64,000 nt of DNA from Lingula anatina (taxonomy: Eukaryota; Animalia; Brachiopoda): NCBI GenBank assembly GCA_051362555.1, contig CM120641.1, positions 46,816,401 to 46,880,400 of the forward strand, given 5' to 3'. A program made the translations under genes and the position numbers. Shown here piece after piece: positions 37,325-49,245 of the stretch. The notes below the pieces were generated by a model that saw only the letters and a program-made list of their open reading frames with translations, did not search any database and was not told the origin of the DNA. Position 1 is the stretch's first letter; the number at the start of each line of letters is the position of its first letter.

Positions 37325-37863
37325 AACTATGGCTCCCCCAGCACTCTGCTAGTCATAGAAATCAAAGTCATCTTGGTCATCATCTTTGGCTTTCCCCAGC
37401 ACTCTGCTAGACAGAAATCAAAATCATCTTGGTCATCATCTATGACTCCCCCCAGAACTCTGCTAGTCATAGAAATCAAAGTCATCTTGGTCATCATCTA
37501 TGACTTTCCCTGGCTCTATGCTAGTCATAGAAATCAAAGTCATCTTGGTCATCATCTATGACTTTCCCTGGCACTATGCTAGTCATAGAAATCAAAGTCA
37601 TCTTGGTCATCATCTATGACTCCCCCGGCACTCTGCTAGTCATAGAAATCAAAGTCATCTTGGTCATCATCTATGACCTTCCCTGGCACTATGCTAGTCA
37701 TAGAAATCAAGGTCATCTTGGTAATCATCTATGACTCCCCCGGCACTCCGCTAGTCATAGAAATCAAAGTCATCTTGGTCATCATCTATGGCTCCCCCAG
37801 CACTCTGCTAGTCATAGAAATCAAAGTCATCTTGGTCATCATCTATGGCTCCCCCGGCACTCA
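37325..37863 (-). repeat. 57/58-bp minisatellite, ~9 copies, derived from the last ~18 codons plus stop of KIZ
   Basis: The stop-containing ctag(tcatagaaatc) unit recurs at 37349, 37407, 37463, 37521, 37579, 37636, 37694, 37751 and 37808. Confidence 0.95.
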
Positions 37864-40800
37864 TCTGGTTCTCTACCTCAGAATCAGTGTCTAAGTCTGA
37901 TCCAGTGCGCAGAGCTGTAACAGAGAGATATAAAATACTTAATTAGGTAAAACAGAGAAAAAAATATCAACTCATGTTGATGCAAGATGTTGTAATATAA
38001 TGGAGAACATGGTTAATGTGTGTTCTTTGTTGTATGGAAAATTAGAGTATACACTTTTGTTACCATACCCAAAAGTAACATCTTCATAAGGAGACTTAGA
38101 TCATTTATAACATTATTAATTCATATCTTTATAATAAAATCATGGAACTTATAAAATTCTGCACATCTTTATGAACTCACCAGCTGGTTTCTTTCCTGTG
38201 GAGTAAGTTGGGGTGACGACACTCCTCCCTGAGGACAGGGCAGTGGGGGACTTCACCCTAAATTAGAAATGACGAAAAAGAGAACAAATGACTAATTGCT
38301 GGTCTTCTTGTTTATAAACATAAAAACCATATACAGAGAGGCTTGAAATCTATACTAGAACTGTCAAGCCCACATATATTTAAATTTAAAAAAATCACAT
38401 TTAACAATCAAAACACAACTCCCTTTTAAAATATCAGCTAACCATGACTTAAAAATTTCAGAGAATGTGTACATGATATATAAATTGAACTTGGCAAGAT
38501 TAGTAAAAGCATTATGAAAATAAGCAATCAGTGCCAAAAAAGGAAGAGAGTTCCCCTTTTACAGGACCTAAGAAAAATCACAATCATCCCCTGTTTTAAA
38601 AATTGATATACTTCACTGAGTGGCATTAATAAATTTTTATCCTGTGACCCTGTGAAATTTGTAAGCAAAAGTGAAGTTGTATCCTACCATGTGAATAATA
38701 TTAGGGTTGAATAAAACATCTTTGATAACCCTTTGAAGAGGGCTATCACTTCTGAATCAGTCTAGTTCTGGTGAGTAATCAAAGTGACATTTAGCTAACA
38801 AACATTTGTAAAATGTGGGCATTAAGAAGATAACTATATCCTTGAAAAATCCGAAGCAAGCTTTCATTTCCATGTGATATTACCCAGAGCTCAAAGCAGA
38901 CGGCACATAGCCTCCTGGAGAGGCAGCAGGTGACGGAGAACTGCCCTCAGAGTGCTGATCATCATCTGTATCCTGGTTCTGGGCCCCAGTGTTTTTTCCA
39001 GAGGTTTCCGCTGCTGGAGCAGGGGCTGATGTGCTGCTTACAACCTGTTTACTGACCTCTGAAGGTTTGCTGCAAGTGTTATAATGTGATGCTTTATGCA
39101 CGTTAGAAATGCTTAAGCTCAATTATGGTTGGTATCCCTACTGTTTATTTCTTTTTTGAATCAATTTTAGAGTTTATATTAATTTCCCAAAATTTCCCCC
39201 ATACCCATAAGAGTGATCAATCAGAAAGAAGTACATAATGAATTTATGCAATTCTTTGCAAAATACAGAAAGACAAACTGCATCACACATCTTAATTCAT
39301 ATAGTTAGTGCAGCTGAAGCACAAATAAAAGCGATATAAATGCTAAATCCACAAGTCAAGCTCATTAAGAATCAGATATACTGCATTTGCAAAGATTCTT
39401 TTAAACATATTAGCTGGTACATCAAGCCTAGCATTAACACACAACATCATGTGATATATAATCTGTTCAGTCGGAAAACAGCATATACATTTTCAGTCAT
39501 TCAGAACAATTACATCAATGCTGTATTTTTAGGTAAAGGAGTATCAATAAAACCATAGAAATGAAAGAAATTCAGGATGAAGATGAAGCAGACATGAGCC
39601 TAGGTTTAAAAAAAACAAACTCTGAATAGATTTTACTGCAGATCTTGCCAAATCTCAGGAACAATCAGAATTGAATAAAAAAAAAAAAATGCAGAATTCC
39701 ATGTTTCTGCAAAAGCTCTGTCTGATGAAGTACCTTGCCTCTCCCGGGGCAACTACCATTGCTAACTGTTTCTCCAAACTGTCCTCGCTACCATCGGAGT
39801 CATCATCTTTCACTGGATTCACTGCGGTGCCACTTAGCAGGCTCTGGTAGGCTGCCGTTTCTGGAAGACATGAGAGCAAATTTGTCTATGTTTTTGATAC
39901 AACACAGAGGCTTAAGTATACTTGGATGTTCAGTGGTCCAATAACCAACAGCAAGTGACTTGAAGAATTATCTGTCTCTTTCAACAGTTGGCAAAATATC
40001 TGTATACAGAAATTTGATTGGAAACATGTACAGTATATATATATATATATATCCTTCAAATTCTGTATCTTCACGATATAAATTTATTACAAAATTAAAA
40101 AATTCTTGTCAGCCTATGACAACCTGTTTCAACATTTCTAAATTACAAAAAGGAAAACTAAGCATCATTATAAAACAGTGCTGCAACTATTAATTGCAAA
40201 AGAACACTACGAAATTTTTTCCTTACGTGTCAAATCCTCTTTTGGAACAGGCTGGGTGAAAAAGTCCTCTTCACTCTCACTCTCAGTCAGCCCTGCTGTG
40301 CTCCCTAGATTTAATGCTGGCACTGAAATAATGTCATTTAACATAAGACACTAGAGGGAGCCACTTATATGCCATTTTTAAAACTCACAGCTCAGAAGCA
40401 ATTCATTAATTTGCATCATAAAAAGTTAAAATACATCTGGTTAGACCTAACAAATAAAACCCAATACCAGTAAATGAAAACATCTTATACTGCTTCTTTT
40501 TATACACAAATCCAATTTAAAAGAAATATGTTTCTCTGAAAAAAAAAAAAGGATTCAATGGATTCAAAATGCTTTTAGCACTACCTTTTGTTTCTTGTTC
40601 CTCGTGTACTTTCTCCAGCACCTTGGACTCTCTGGGGGACAGGGGAGGGGATGGAATGCTCACAGATGAAGATTCATCATCCGGTGGAGGGAGAGTTACC
40701 GCCATTCTGTTTTCCAAGAGAGTTCTTAGCAGCTCTACAGCCTATGAGATGTGCATAAAAAACATGAATAATTTGAGGCATATATTTTCATTTATTGACA

Positions 40801-40944
40801 GCCAGTCTAAAGTTATATCTTAATGCCACTTTGTTGATTTTGATGCAAACCAAAGTTATCAGCTTTTGAGACTATCTTCAGAAAAAAAAGGTTACACAAA
40901 AAAGGCAAAAAAAAAATAAATAAATAAATAAATAAAATAATAAA

Positions 40945-40980
<36 letters not shown>

Positions 40981-43900
40981 AAAAATCACAATTTTTTTCA
41001 TGATAATAATGTCTTTAAAACATACTTTGTCTTTATTCTTGGAGTTAGCAGGAACTAGAGTGTGGGCAAACAGTGCTGCCACCTGGTCAGCCCTCATGAC
41101 ATTATTCTTGATCAAGGCAGCAAAGTGGTCAAATAACCTGTCCCACAGTTCTAGAGATGTGGTGAATATATGGGATCTGGAACAGACAGGAGATATGTAC
41201 AGGAGTCAGGTATCACAAATAACCTGTCCCACAGTTCTAGAGATGTGGTGAATATATGGGAACTGGAACAGACAGGAGATATGTAACACATGGGGGTGTC
41301 TCATTTGGCATAAAATAAACAAATTGTCTCATGACATAATATCAGGTCAAAGTCAATATTTTATTTATTTCTTTCATAGATATGTTTTTAAAGTTTTAAT
41401 CCCATATTTTTTCCAGATAAAACATAAAAACATGCCTTTTTTTTAAGGAGTATTTCAAGCTATTTCTCATTTCTAGTTACCTACCTTATATCTAACTCAC
41501 TGGTAATTGGTCGTTTAGAAGTCAGTGCTTTCTCAGTGAGCAGTGAGCCTCCTTTCCTCTGACCAACCAGCAAGGGAAGCTCATCCAACACAACCATGCT
41601 CATCTCTGCTGGATCATAGTCTGAAAGAGGTTGGCTCAAGTTGGCCGAGCTGGAAGAATTTGACATTTTACTATTAGGCAATTTTTATCCCCCAAATAAA
41701 TAAAGTAATTTAGATACCTTTAATATTTTCTCTTTCTTGAAAAAAAAATCAAATAATCCAATAGTTCTGAGAATGTGCAAAATCATGCACTTCAATTTGG
41801 TACAGACTACATGTAACTATCTAATTAGAATTCACCATGCCTGGCAATAAAAACCCCTTCTTTCATTCATTTCAATTTACAAACAAAGGCTTCCTATTTC
41901 TTAATATAACAAAATCCAGATACTTCAAAAATTTTAAAAGTACACACTGAGTACCTTATAATCTCTTTCTTTTTCTGTGAGGTTGGATGTTTGAATCTGT
42001 AATAAGTCTCTGGTGCATAGGTGACAGGGAAATCTTCCTGTATGGCCTGCAACAAACTATACAAGCCATCCAGTGTCAGGTCAGGCTTCCTTGGAGTGCT
42101 CGGAGGTTCAGATTCTGATATTTCTGGTGCTCTGTATAAATGAGATTTATAAAATGATATTGAATCACAATCATAACATTTTTCAACATAAAAATTAAGG
42201 ATGGAACTTTTATAAAGTTCAATTCCAATATTTCAAAATGAATGGAAATTTTATAAACTGTTAACCTTTATATTATTATATTATTAAGCAAATGATCTGA
42301 GATGTCTTAAACAATGGCAGATTTGACCAATCTTCCCAAATATGAAAGATGTTTGTTAAAATGGAAAAATCTAAAAAAAAAATTCAGCATTAAACTTTAA
42401 ACACAACAAAATAAACTGTAAGAGTTCTCTCAATAAGCATGAATCAAATTAAAGTCTGCATATTATGATTTCATTATCTTAAACTTACTCTCTGGGTGAC
42501 TGTAGTGGACTGGTCACATCTTTGGCAGAACTAATGGAGGGTTTTCTCTGACTTGGGGACTGGACTCGGGGTGGGGTCCTAGTAGACCTGGGGGTGGACG
42601 GGGTCTGGACATGTCTGGGTGACTGCAGGGACGGACGTCTCTCCATTCTGACTGCAGTCCCTTCTCTCTCACGGGGAGAAGGATCAACGTTTGAATGGGA
42701 TCGTTGGAAAGCTGGTTTTATTCTAGGTGAAATTTCTCCATCACTCAGACTGGTTTCTGTGTCTGCATCACTGGAGGCGTGGTCAGATTTCATGTCTGTG
42801 GAAACACCCGGAAGGTGATAAAAACATACACATTTAACATTTTCTTTTGGGCAAAGGGTATATATATAAACTAAGTAAATTTTCAGACAAAAAATTCCAT
42901 TTCCACCTGACCAATTTTCAAATTCAAAACATTCAAAATAATCAGGAAAACTGTTTTAACATAAAATCAGCATTCAGAGTTAGCTTACTAACCTTTTCTT
43001 GTATCATTCTGTTCAGTTACAGTCAGGATATCCACTTCTGGCTGTCCAACATCCGTTTCCTTTCCAAGGGTTGTTTTACTCTCATTAACATTTGTGATTT
43101 CCTGTGCCAAGTTTTCCACTGGTTCTTTATCTGTGCTGCCACTTAGAGTAAAACTGTCCAACAAGTCATCATCTGGTCTGCTGGAGTCAACTGCTTGTAC
43201 TTCCTTCTTTGGTCCAGTCACATTCAGTGGAGGTTGTTTTGCTGGGGGGACAGCTGCCCGTTGCTGTTGTTTTGATTGTTGATGATGCTGTTGATGTTGC
43301 TGTTGTTGTTGTTGTTGCTGCTGATGATGATGTTGTTGCTGCTGCTTTTGATGTTGTTGCTGTATCACAGGCTGACTAGTCATCTTACTTTCCTGTCTCT
43401 CAGCATTCTGTGGTGGCACATGACTCTGAGCTAGATTCATTTCAGCTGTCCCCAGATGCTGTGTACCAGCAGGGCCCTGAGACTGCATTGTCCCCATAGG
43501 AACAGACTGTTCAGAAGCTACATAATGCTGTGGATATCCTTGCAGTGGAAAATGACCACCCTGGGGTGTGGCAAGCTGGCTCATCATGTACTGGGGTGGC
43601 AAGCTTTGTGCTAAATGAGGCCTCTGAAAGGTGCCTGGTAAACTAGAAGCTTGGTGAGTCTGTGGGGATGTTTGCAACCCCCCAGGGTGGCCCCCTAACC
43701 CAGGGTACACAAGTCCACCTTGAGAGTTGAGAGTCGACATAGGAGTCACACTGCCTAGCTGACTGGCATTCAGGCTAGGTGTGACAAAACTAGTCCCCGT
43801 GTCTCCTAAGCCTGGATACTGGTTGTAGTTGTACTCTGATGGGGGATGGAACTGCTCTGGTGGGTGCACAGGCAGCCCTGTTGTCTGGGGGAGCTGGGTC

Positions 43901-45322
43901 TGTGCATAGTTTCTATTCTGAAGGACCCCAGGCTGAGGAAGTCCAGTAGCAGCTGTGTAATTGCCTCTGGGAGGTAAACCAAGACTAGAAGGTATGTAGC
44001 TACTGCCTAGTGAACCCGATACTGCTGTAGGTGGCATTGTGGACCCCAGTCTTGTTGATGACGGTGGGAAATTTTCCTTTGTTGCAAAGAATTGTGTTGC
44101 AAAAGATGGGTCGTATGATTGTGGTAGAGTCTCTGCATTTTCAGCCTGAAAAAATTTAATAAATTGTATGTCATGTCAAAAAGATGGTAAAGGGTTTTAC
44201 TACAAGAGCAGAGTCTCATGGGTGATATTTCTTGACAAGCAGAGACAAAACCAAGTGTTACTGCACATGTATATTTACCATTTGCTGATTTTGAATGATC
44301 CTCTCTTTCCATTTAGGATACATACGCTCAATATAGTCTTCATACTGCTCCTAAATAGAAAAAAAAATCAAAATAATATTCTTCACGAAACAGAATTTAA
44401 AACTCCTCATAAATATCCAAATTAATTGCAGCTAGTTGAAATTCTCAAAAGAAGAACAATTCAATTGAAGCATAAGTGTTGTTTATAAAATGTGTATAGT
44501 ATTTTCAAATGAAAATGCTTAGAATGATTAGAAACAAAGTATATCTGACATACTCAAATCCATTGATGAATATTACAAAGAAGGGGATAAGAATTTTTAC
44601 AAAAATTAACTCTGCAAATAAAATGACAGAGGTACAGTAGACCACTATGATGTTCCAGGAGAGTTTACCTTCAGAAGTCGTAGCCTGTCTGTCTTGGCTG
44701 ACAAAGATGACAAGTGGTTTTCCACTCTCTCCACATCTTTCATCAGCTTCTCATTACGCAGTTGGCTCTTCCTTTCATCCTCACACACCTTTCTCCACTG
44801 AGCTTGGAGTTTGGAAGCCCGCAGTCTGTTTCTAAAACGAGTTAGGACCCTCTAATGTAAATCACTGTGATCAGGGTTAAAAATTATAGTGCAATAATGT
44901 CTGACCAAGTAGCAATGTTCTTAAATCTACACAGTTTAAATCAGCTTATTGCACAAAAGTTTCTTAGCAAACTTACATTTTTCTGTCAGATTTTACATGT
45001 TTGTTGAGTTTCTGTTCAAGTTGCATTCTTCTTCTTTCACTGTAAAAAAAATGAATAAATAAATAAATAAAATAAATGGTTATTTTCTTATTATCCTACT
45101 GATGAATTAAATAAGTCTTCTACAGTTTAATTTAATTCAACATTTTAATCCTTTACAAAAAGGTTTTGTTTTGTTTTTTAGTTTCTTTCAAGACGGTTTC
45201 GATCACAACCGAGATGTAACGCTGCCTGTTACTTTTACTGAATAGTTTCCCTAACATTACCTTTCATGCTGAAAGTTTTGCAAATCTTCCATTCTTTGGT
45301 AAAACTCAACATTAGAACTCAT
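37808..45322 (-). CDS. KIZ: Centrosomal protein kizuna (PLK1 substrate 1) homolog; ~15 exons including a large Q/P/H-rich exon
   Basis: N-terminus MSSNVEFYQRMEDLQNFQHESERRRMQLEQKL...NRLRASKLQAQWRKVCEDERKSQLRNEKLMKDVERVE resembles the KIZ N-terminal coiled coil; also LTLDGLYSLLQAIQ, LPETAAYQSLL and C-terminal DDFDFYD*. Exons near 45261-45322, 44978-45040, 44668-44833, 44277-44315, 42993-44146, 42488-42795, 41956-42131, ~41485-41650, 41024-41176, 40585-40741, 40227-40323, 39735-39861, 38884-39069, 38181-38237, 37808-37914. Confidence 0.85.
41131..41285 (-). repeat. 86-bp-period tandem duplication spanning a KIZ splice acceptor
   Basis: aaataacctgtcccacagttctagagatgtggtgaatatatgggaNctggaacagacaggagatatgta occurs twice. 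Confidence 0.9.
43260..43362 (-). repeat. Coding poly-Gln/His tract within the KIZ large exon
   Basis: QQQHQKQQQQHHHQQQQQQQQQHQQHHQQSKQQQ in ORF 42988-44037. Confidence 0.85.
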
Positions 45323-45528
45323 CCTCTTCCAGTACTAGTGTTCATCTAGCCAAACTTTTTTGTTTGAAAATATTCTGATCTCCGCATTTTAGAGAGTGTC
45401 TCTGCCCAAGACACGCACAGAAAAGCCGTTTTACTGATTTGTAGAAATTTTACAAGTTTAAGCTAACAAAGATTAAATTTGAAAGGCATGCTGGGATTAT
45501 AATTTTCTTATTATACTTTCTGAGAAGT

Positions 45529-45789
45529 ATACCTCCGCCAAGGAGGTTATGTTTTCACCCTTGTTTGTGTGTTTGTCTGTCTGTCTGTCATCAACATAAC
45601 TCAAAAAGTCACTGGGACCGATTTTGATCAGTGGATTTTGATGAAATTTTCAGGAACTGTCAGAAGTGGGCCATGGAAGAGATGATTATTTTTTGGTGGT
45701 GATCCGGATCAATAATCAATCAATAATCAATAATAATAAAAAATTGCTGCCTTGGCGGAGGTCTGCGCTCTCGGAGTGCTTTTCTAGTT
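45529..45789 (+). mobile_element. Short Helentron-associated element (HINE) in the KIZ upstream region
   Basis: 5' acctccgccaaggaggtt (subTIR plus IR), GTTT/GTCT microsatellite, core repeat, 3' ccttggcggaggt subTIR, stem-loop gcgctctcggagtgc, ttctagtt; followed by a (TTA/TTG)n microsatellite to ~45875. Confidence 0.85.
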
Positions 45790-45826
45790 ATTATTATTAT
45801 TATTGTTGTTGTTGTTGTTGTTGTTG

Positions 45827-45878
<52 letters not shown>

Positions 45879-48800
45879 CTACGACATTAAAAAAGTAACT
45901 CGTTGCTTTAACAAATTCAAATGGAAATTAGAAATTAATAGATAAAAAAGAATAAGATAAATAAATAAAAAAGAAAAAAGGATACAATGAGAAAAGGATA
46001 CACAATATGTAGTAAAAATTAATGTTTCAATTAATGGAAAGTGGAGTCCAAATTTAAAAACCGAATATCTACATTAAGCGCATGTAACGGGGAAATGATG
46101 TATACGTAGCCGGAGGATTGTGGTGTTATAAATGACATTGTTATGTTTTCTGAACCAAGAAAAATTATAATATACTTCTCCCTACAATGAAAATCTAAAA
46201 CTTAAAGGGGTGGTAGAATTATACGTGAAGAATAACGGTATGTTTTTTATCTTTATTTCATTAAAAACAAATATATAAATAAGTATAAAAACTTTGAATT
46301 TTCAACTAGAAATTGGACAAATTCTGACTTGTAAACGATACCACGCCCGTAGTGAATTATAGGTCGTCTAAATATTTTCATTATTTTCATCTTTCCGCAT
46401 CATGTGGTTGGCTGAGAACCGTGTCTCCTCAGCGAGAACACCAACTATTAAAATCTGCATTTGAAATCAGACCTTATTACTGCGTGAATGCTATTCATTT
46501 ACTTTCATTAAAGACTAATTTTCACACCTATAAACGTATATAAAGGCAGAGCGAGAAGAAAAGGAAAGATTTATACAGTACCACTGTTTGCGTAATACGT
46601 AGGCTTATACAGGCGTAATAGAAACCACAATAAACAAAATACAGAGTTTGCGCTCGTAGCCAAGTAAACGTGTCCCTCTTTTTTCTACCCTTTGGGCAAC
46701 ATATGCAGGACTTAATTTCGTGTGTGCAAACAAATTTGTCCACGGCCTATGGTTCACTAAAGCGTCATCAAACAAGAAACGAAAGGCTCTTGCTTCATTT
46801 GAGTAACATAAAAGTAAGAATACCGTATCTTTTGTCCGCACCTGTAAGTAGAGCGAAAATCTACTGTCGTGACAATAGTAACATGAAAACAATCCTGAAA
46901 TTCGATCCAAAAGGGCTCCAAATTAATTCTTACTCTTTGAGCCCGAAGAAAACAGCGCTTTGTCTCCCTTCCCATAAATCTTTTCAGCTGAAGCCTGAAC
47001 TGGATTGTTAAACGCCTGTCAATAGATGAGCGAATGTGAAGTGCAGGTTAGAAAAATGTTTTCTCATTGTATATCGGCGCATCCGACCCAGCGCAGGGAG
47101 ACATTTGGTTGCGAGGCTCTTCAGTATCACTGTGTCACAGTACACACAGCCTGCTAGAGTCAACATGATACATCTGATCTAACATCATCACGACCTGGAT
47201 AAGGGACACGGTAAGTGATGTCGAATATCTTCGTTTGATTATCTTTGTTAATTTGAGACTTACAACACGTTGATTGCGAACATTTAGGCCTACTATCTAT
47301 ATATTTGATGAAGTGTAAGTTATATAAAATTCGTTTATCCAACATAAGTGTACTAAAAAGGCCTGTAAAATAACACTTGAAAAATAATGAATTTTAGACT
47401 GCGGGATTTTTCCATCCATGTTGTTTCTTCATTGTTGCTTTTCAATTTGAGTCAAATGGTTTAACATTAGAAGCAGTACCAATATTTGACATAGACTTGC
47501 GCTCAGTTATAGAATAGGCCTATTACATGTATAGGCTGACATACTGGGGTTAGCGACAGTTGACTCGGTTGAAAGCTGATAGCATTTGGCACTAAAGGCT
47601 AATATATTTCAAACAGGCCACTTAAAACCATAAAAAGTATTTTTAGATATTAAAATAACATAACAACACTTTTCTGTTTATAAAACTTTGTTCCTTTCTT
47701 GTAAGAAAAAAAGAAAAAAGAAAACGAAATTGAACCGATTTATACATGACAATGATCGAGTCAAAGTAATATTTGTTTGTCCCTGTATCATGTCAGTTTA
47801 TATACAATAGAAACAGCATATAGTAGCTCAGCACAGTAACGGCACTAGACCCCCTTTTTCAATCTTCAGCAACCAAAAAGTACGATATTTATGAAGAATT
47901 TTATCTTGACTTGGGGTTGCACAAAAAGGCACAAAGTTACAAGCTCTTTTCCGTACACGCACAGATATAGGGCCTAATAGAGAAATCACGTAATCCGCTG
48001 TTCCTGCTCTGTAATGCGATAAATCAACTGCTCGAACACACTTGAAAAAGTTTCGTAATTAAAACGTAAGCACGGACCTCGAGTGCCATTACAGGGTTCC
48101 AAGTGCAGGAATATTGGTACTTAAACGCTACCGGAGCCGGGAGATTTTGTTTTTAAAGGTGCTAAGAAAAACAGTAAGCCACGCGGCATTAGGTAACCAC
48201 TGTATGTTAGGTACGGGGGTGGTTCTTCTGAACTATTTTGATATTCATGTTTGAAAAGATTAATTTCCCGGGGAAATGGGTTGTTGCAATATTTCTGATT
48301 GTATAAACAGATGTTAAGTAGAACAGAAACTATAACACTGTAGGGAATATTTTCACATTTTCACTATATTTGCACTAAATAACGGAGACACGTACCGACT
48401 ACGACAGCGTGGTTTGAAATGCTTGTCACTTGATTGCAATTCCAATCTCAGCAATCCCCTCCCTGAGTTAAGTAGCGAATATCATAAGCAAGGGTTGGTA
48501 TTTCAGATGGATTACTTATACTGGTAACGTGAGTGTTTGCTGCTACCTGGAGTTATATTAGACTAAACCGGTTTGTGTTTTTATTAAAATCGATCTGAAG
48601 GAGTTTTAGTGTGGCGTTTTCTGTAGCGTGCAAAAGATTTAGGAATTCATCAGTTTCTTTAAGGATCGTGTTAGACTCAATGGAGGAGACAGGTACTTGT
48701 AAAGACGGTTAGCTAATTTTCTTTCTACGAATTCCACACTATATTTGATTTGTTATGATTTTTATGTAACAAATCGATATATTGGCGATAAAAATACCGT

Positions 48801-49145
48801 TATTTATGCCTGCATCCCCGATAACATCGATCTGGTTCACCAACATATTTAGGTCGAACTTTGAAGAGTATGTTGTTTGGTTGATAACCCGTGTAATTGG
48901 CATTATATGTATTATGTTTCTCTCTCATGCAATCGATAAAACTCGAGGATATATCCCTTTTTTGTTTCACTGATTTCAGGTGCCCGTAGACCGTGGTAAG
49001 AACACGCACAGATATATTGGATTACAGTCAAAAACTGAATATTACAAAGTTCGACAAAGCATGTGGCTATCATTTTCAAGAATTGTTTGGCATGTCAACC
49101 GACGCAACCTTGAATAGTTCCACTTCAACAGGAGACGCCGACAAT

Positions 49146-49234
49146 TATATCGTTCAGCTGAAAAAATTCGGATCTTCGTGGGATAAAAAGTATATCGTTC
49201 AGCTGAAAAAATTCGGATCTTCGTGGGATAAAAA
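49146..49234 (+). repeat. 45-bp tandem duplication just upstream of the 572-aa ORF start
   Basis: tatatcgttcagctgaaaaaattcggatcttcgtgggataaaaa occurs twice. Confidence 0.9.
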
Positions 49235-49245
49235 ATATCAACGCC

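Noticed and set aside
37325-37863. Repeat array as a possible CRISPR
   Set aside because: Units are contiguous with no unique spacers, the context is eukaryotic, there are no cas genes, and the unit derives from the KIZ CDS end
46352-47345. Cluster of short ORFs on both strands
   Set aside because: No recognisable motifs or splice chain; likely promoter or non-coding exon region
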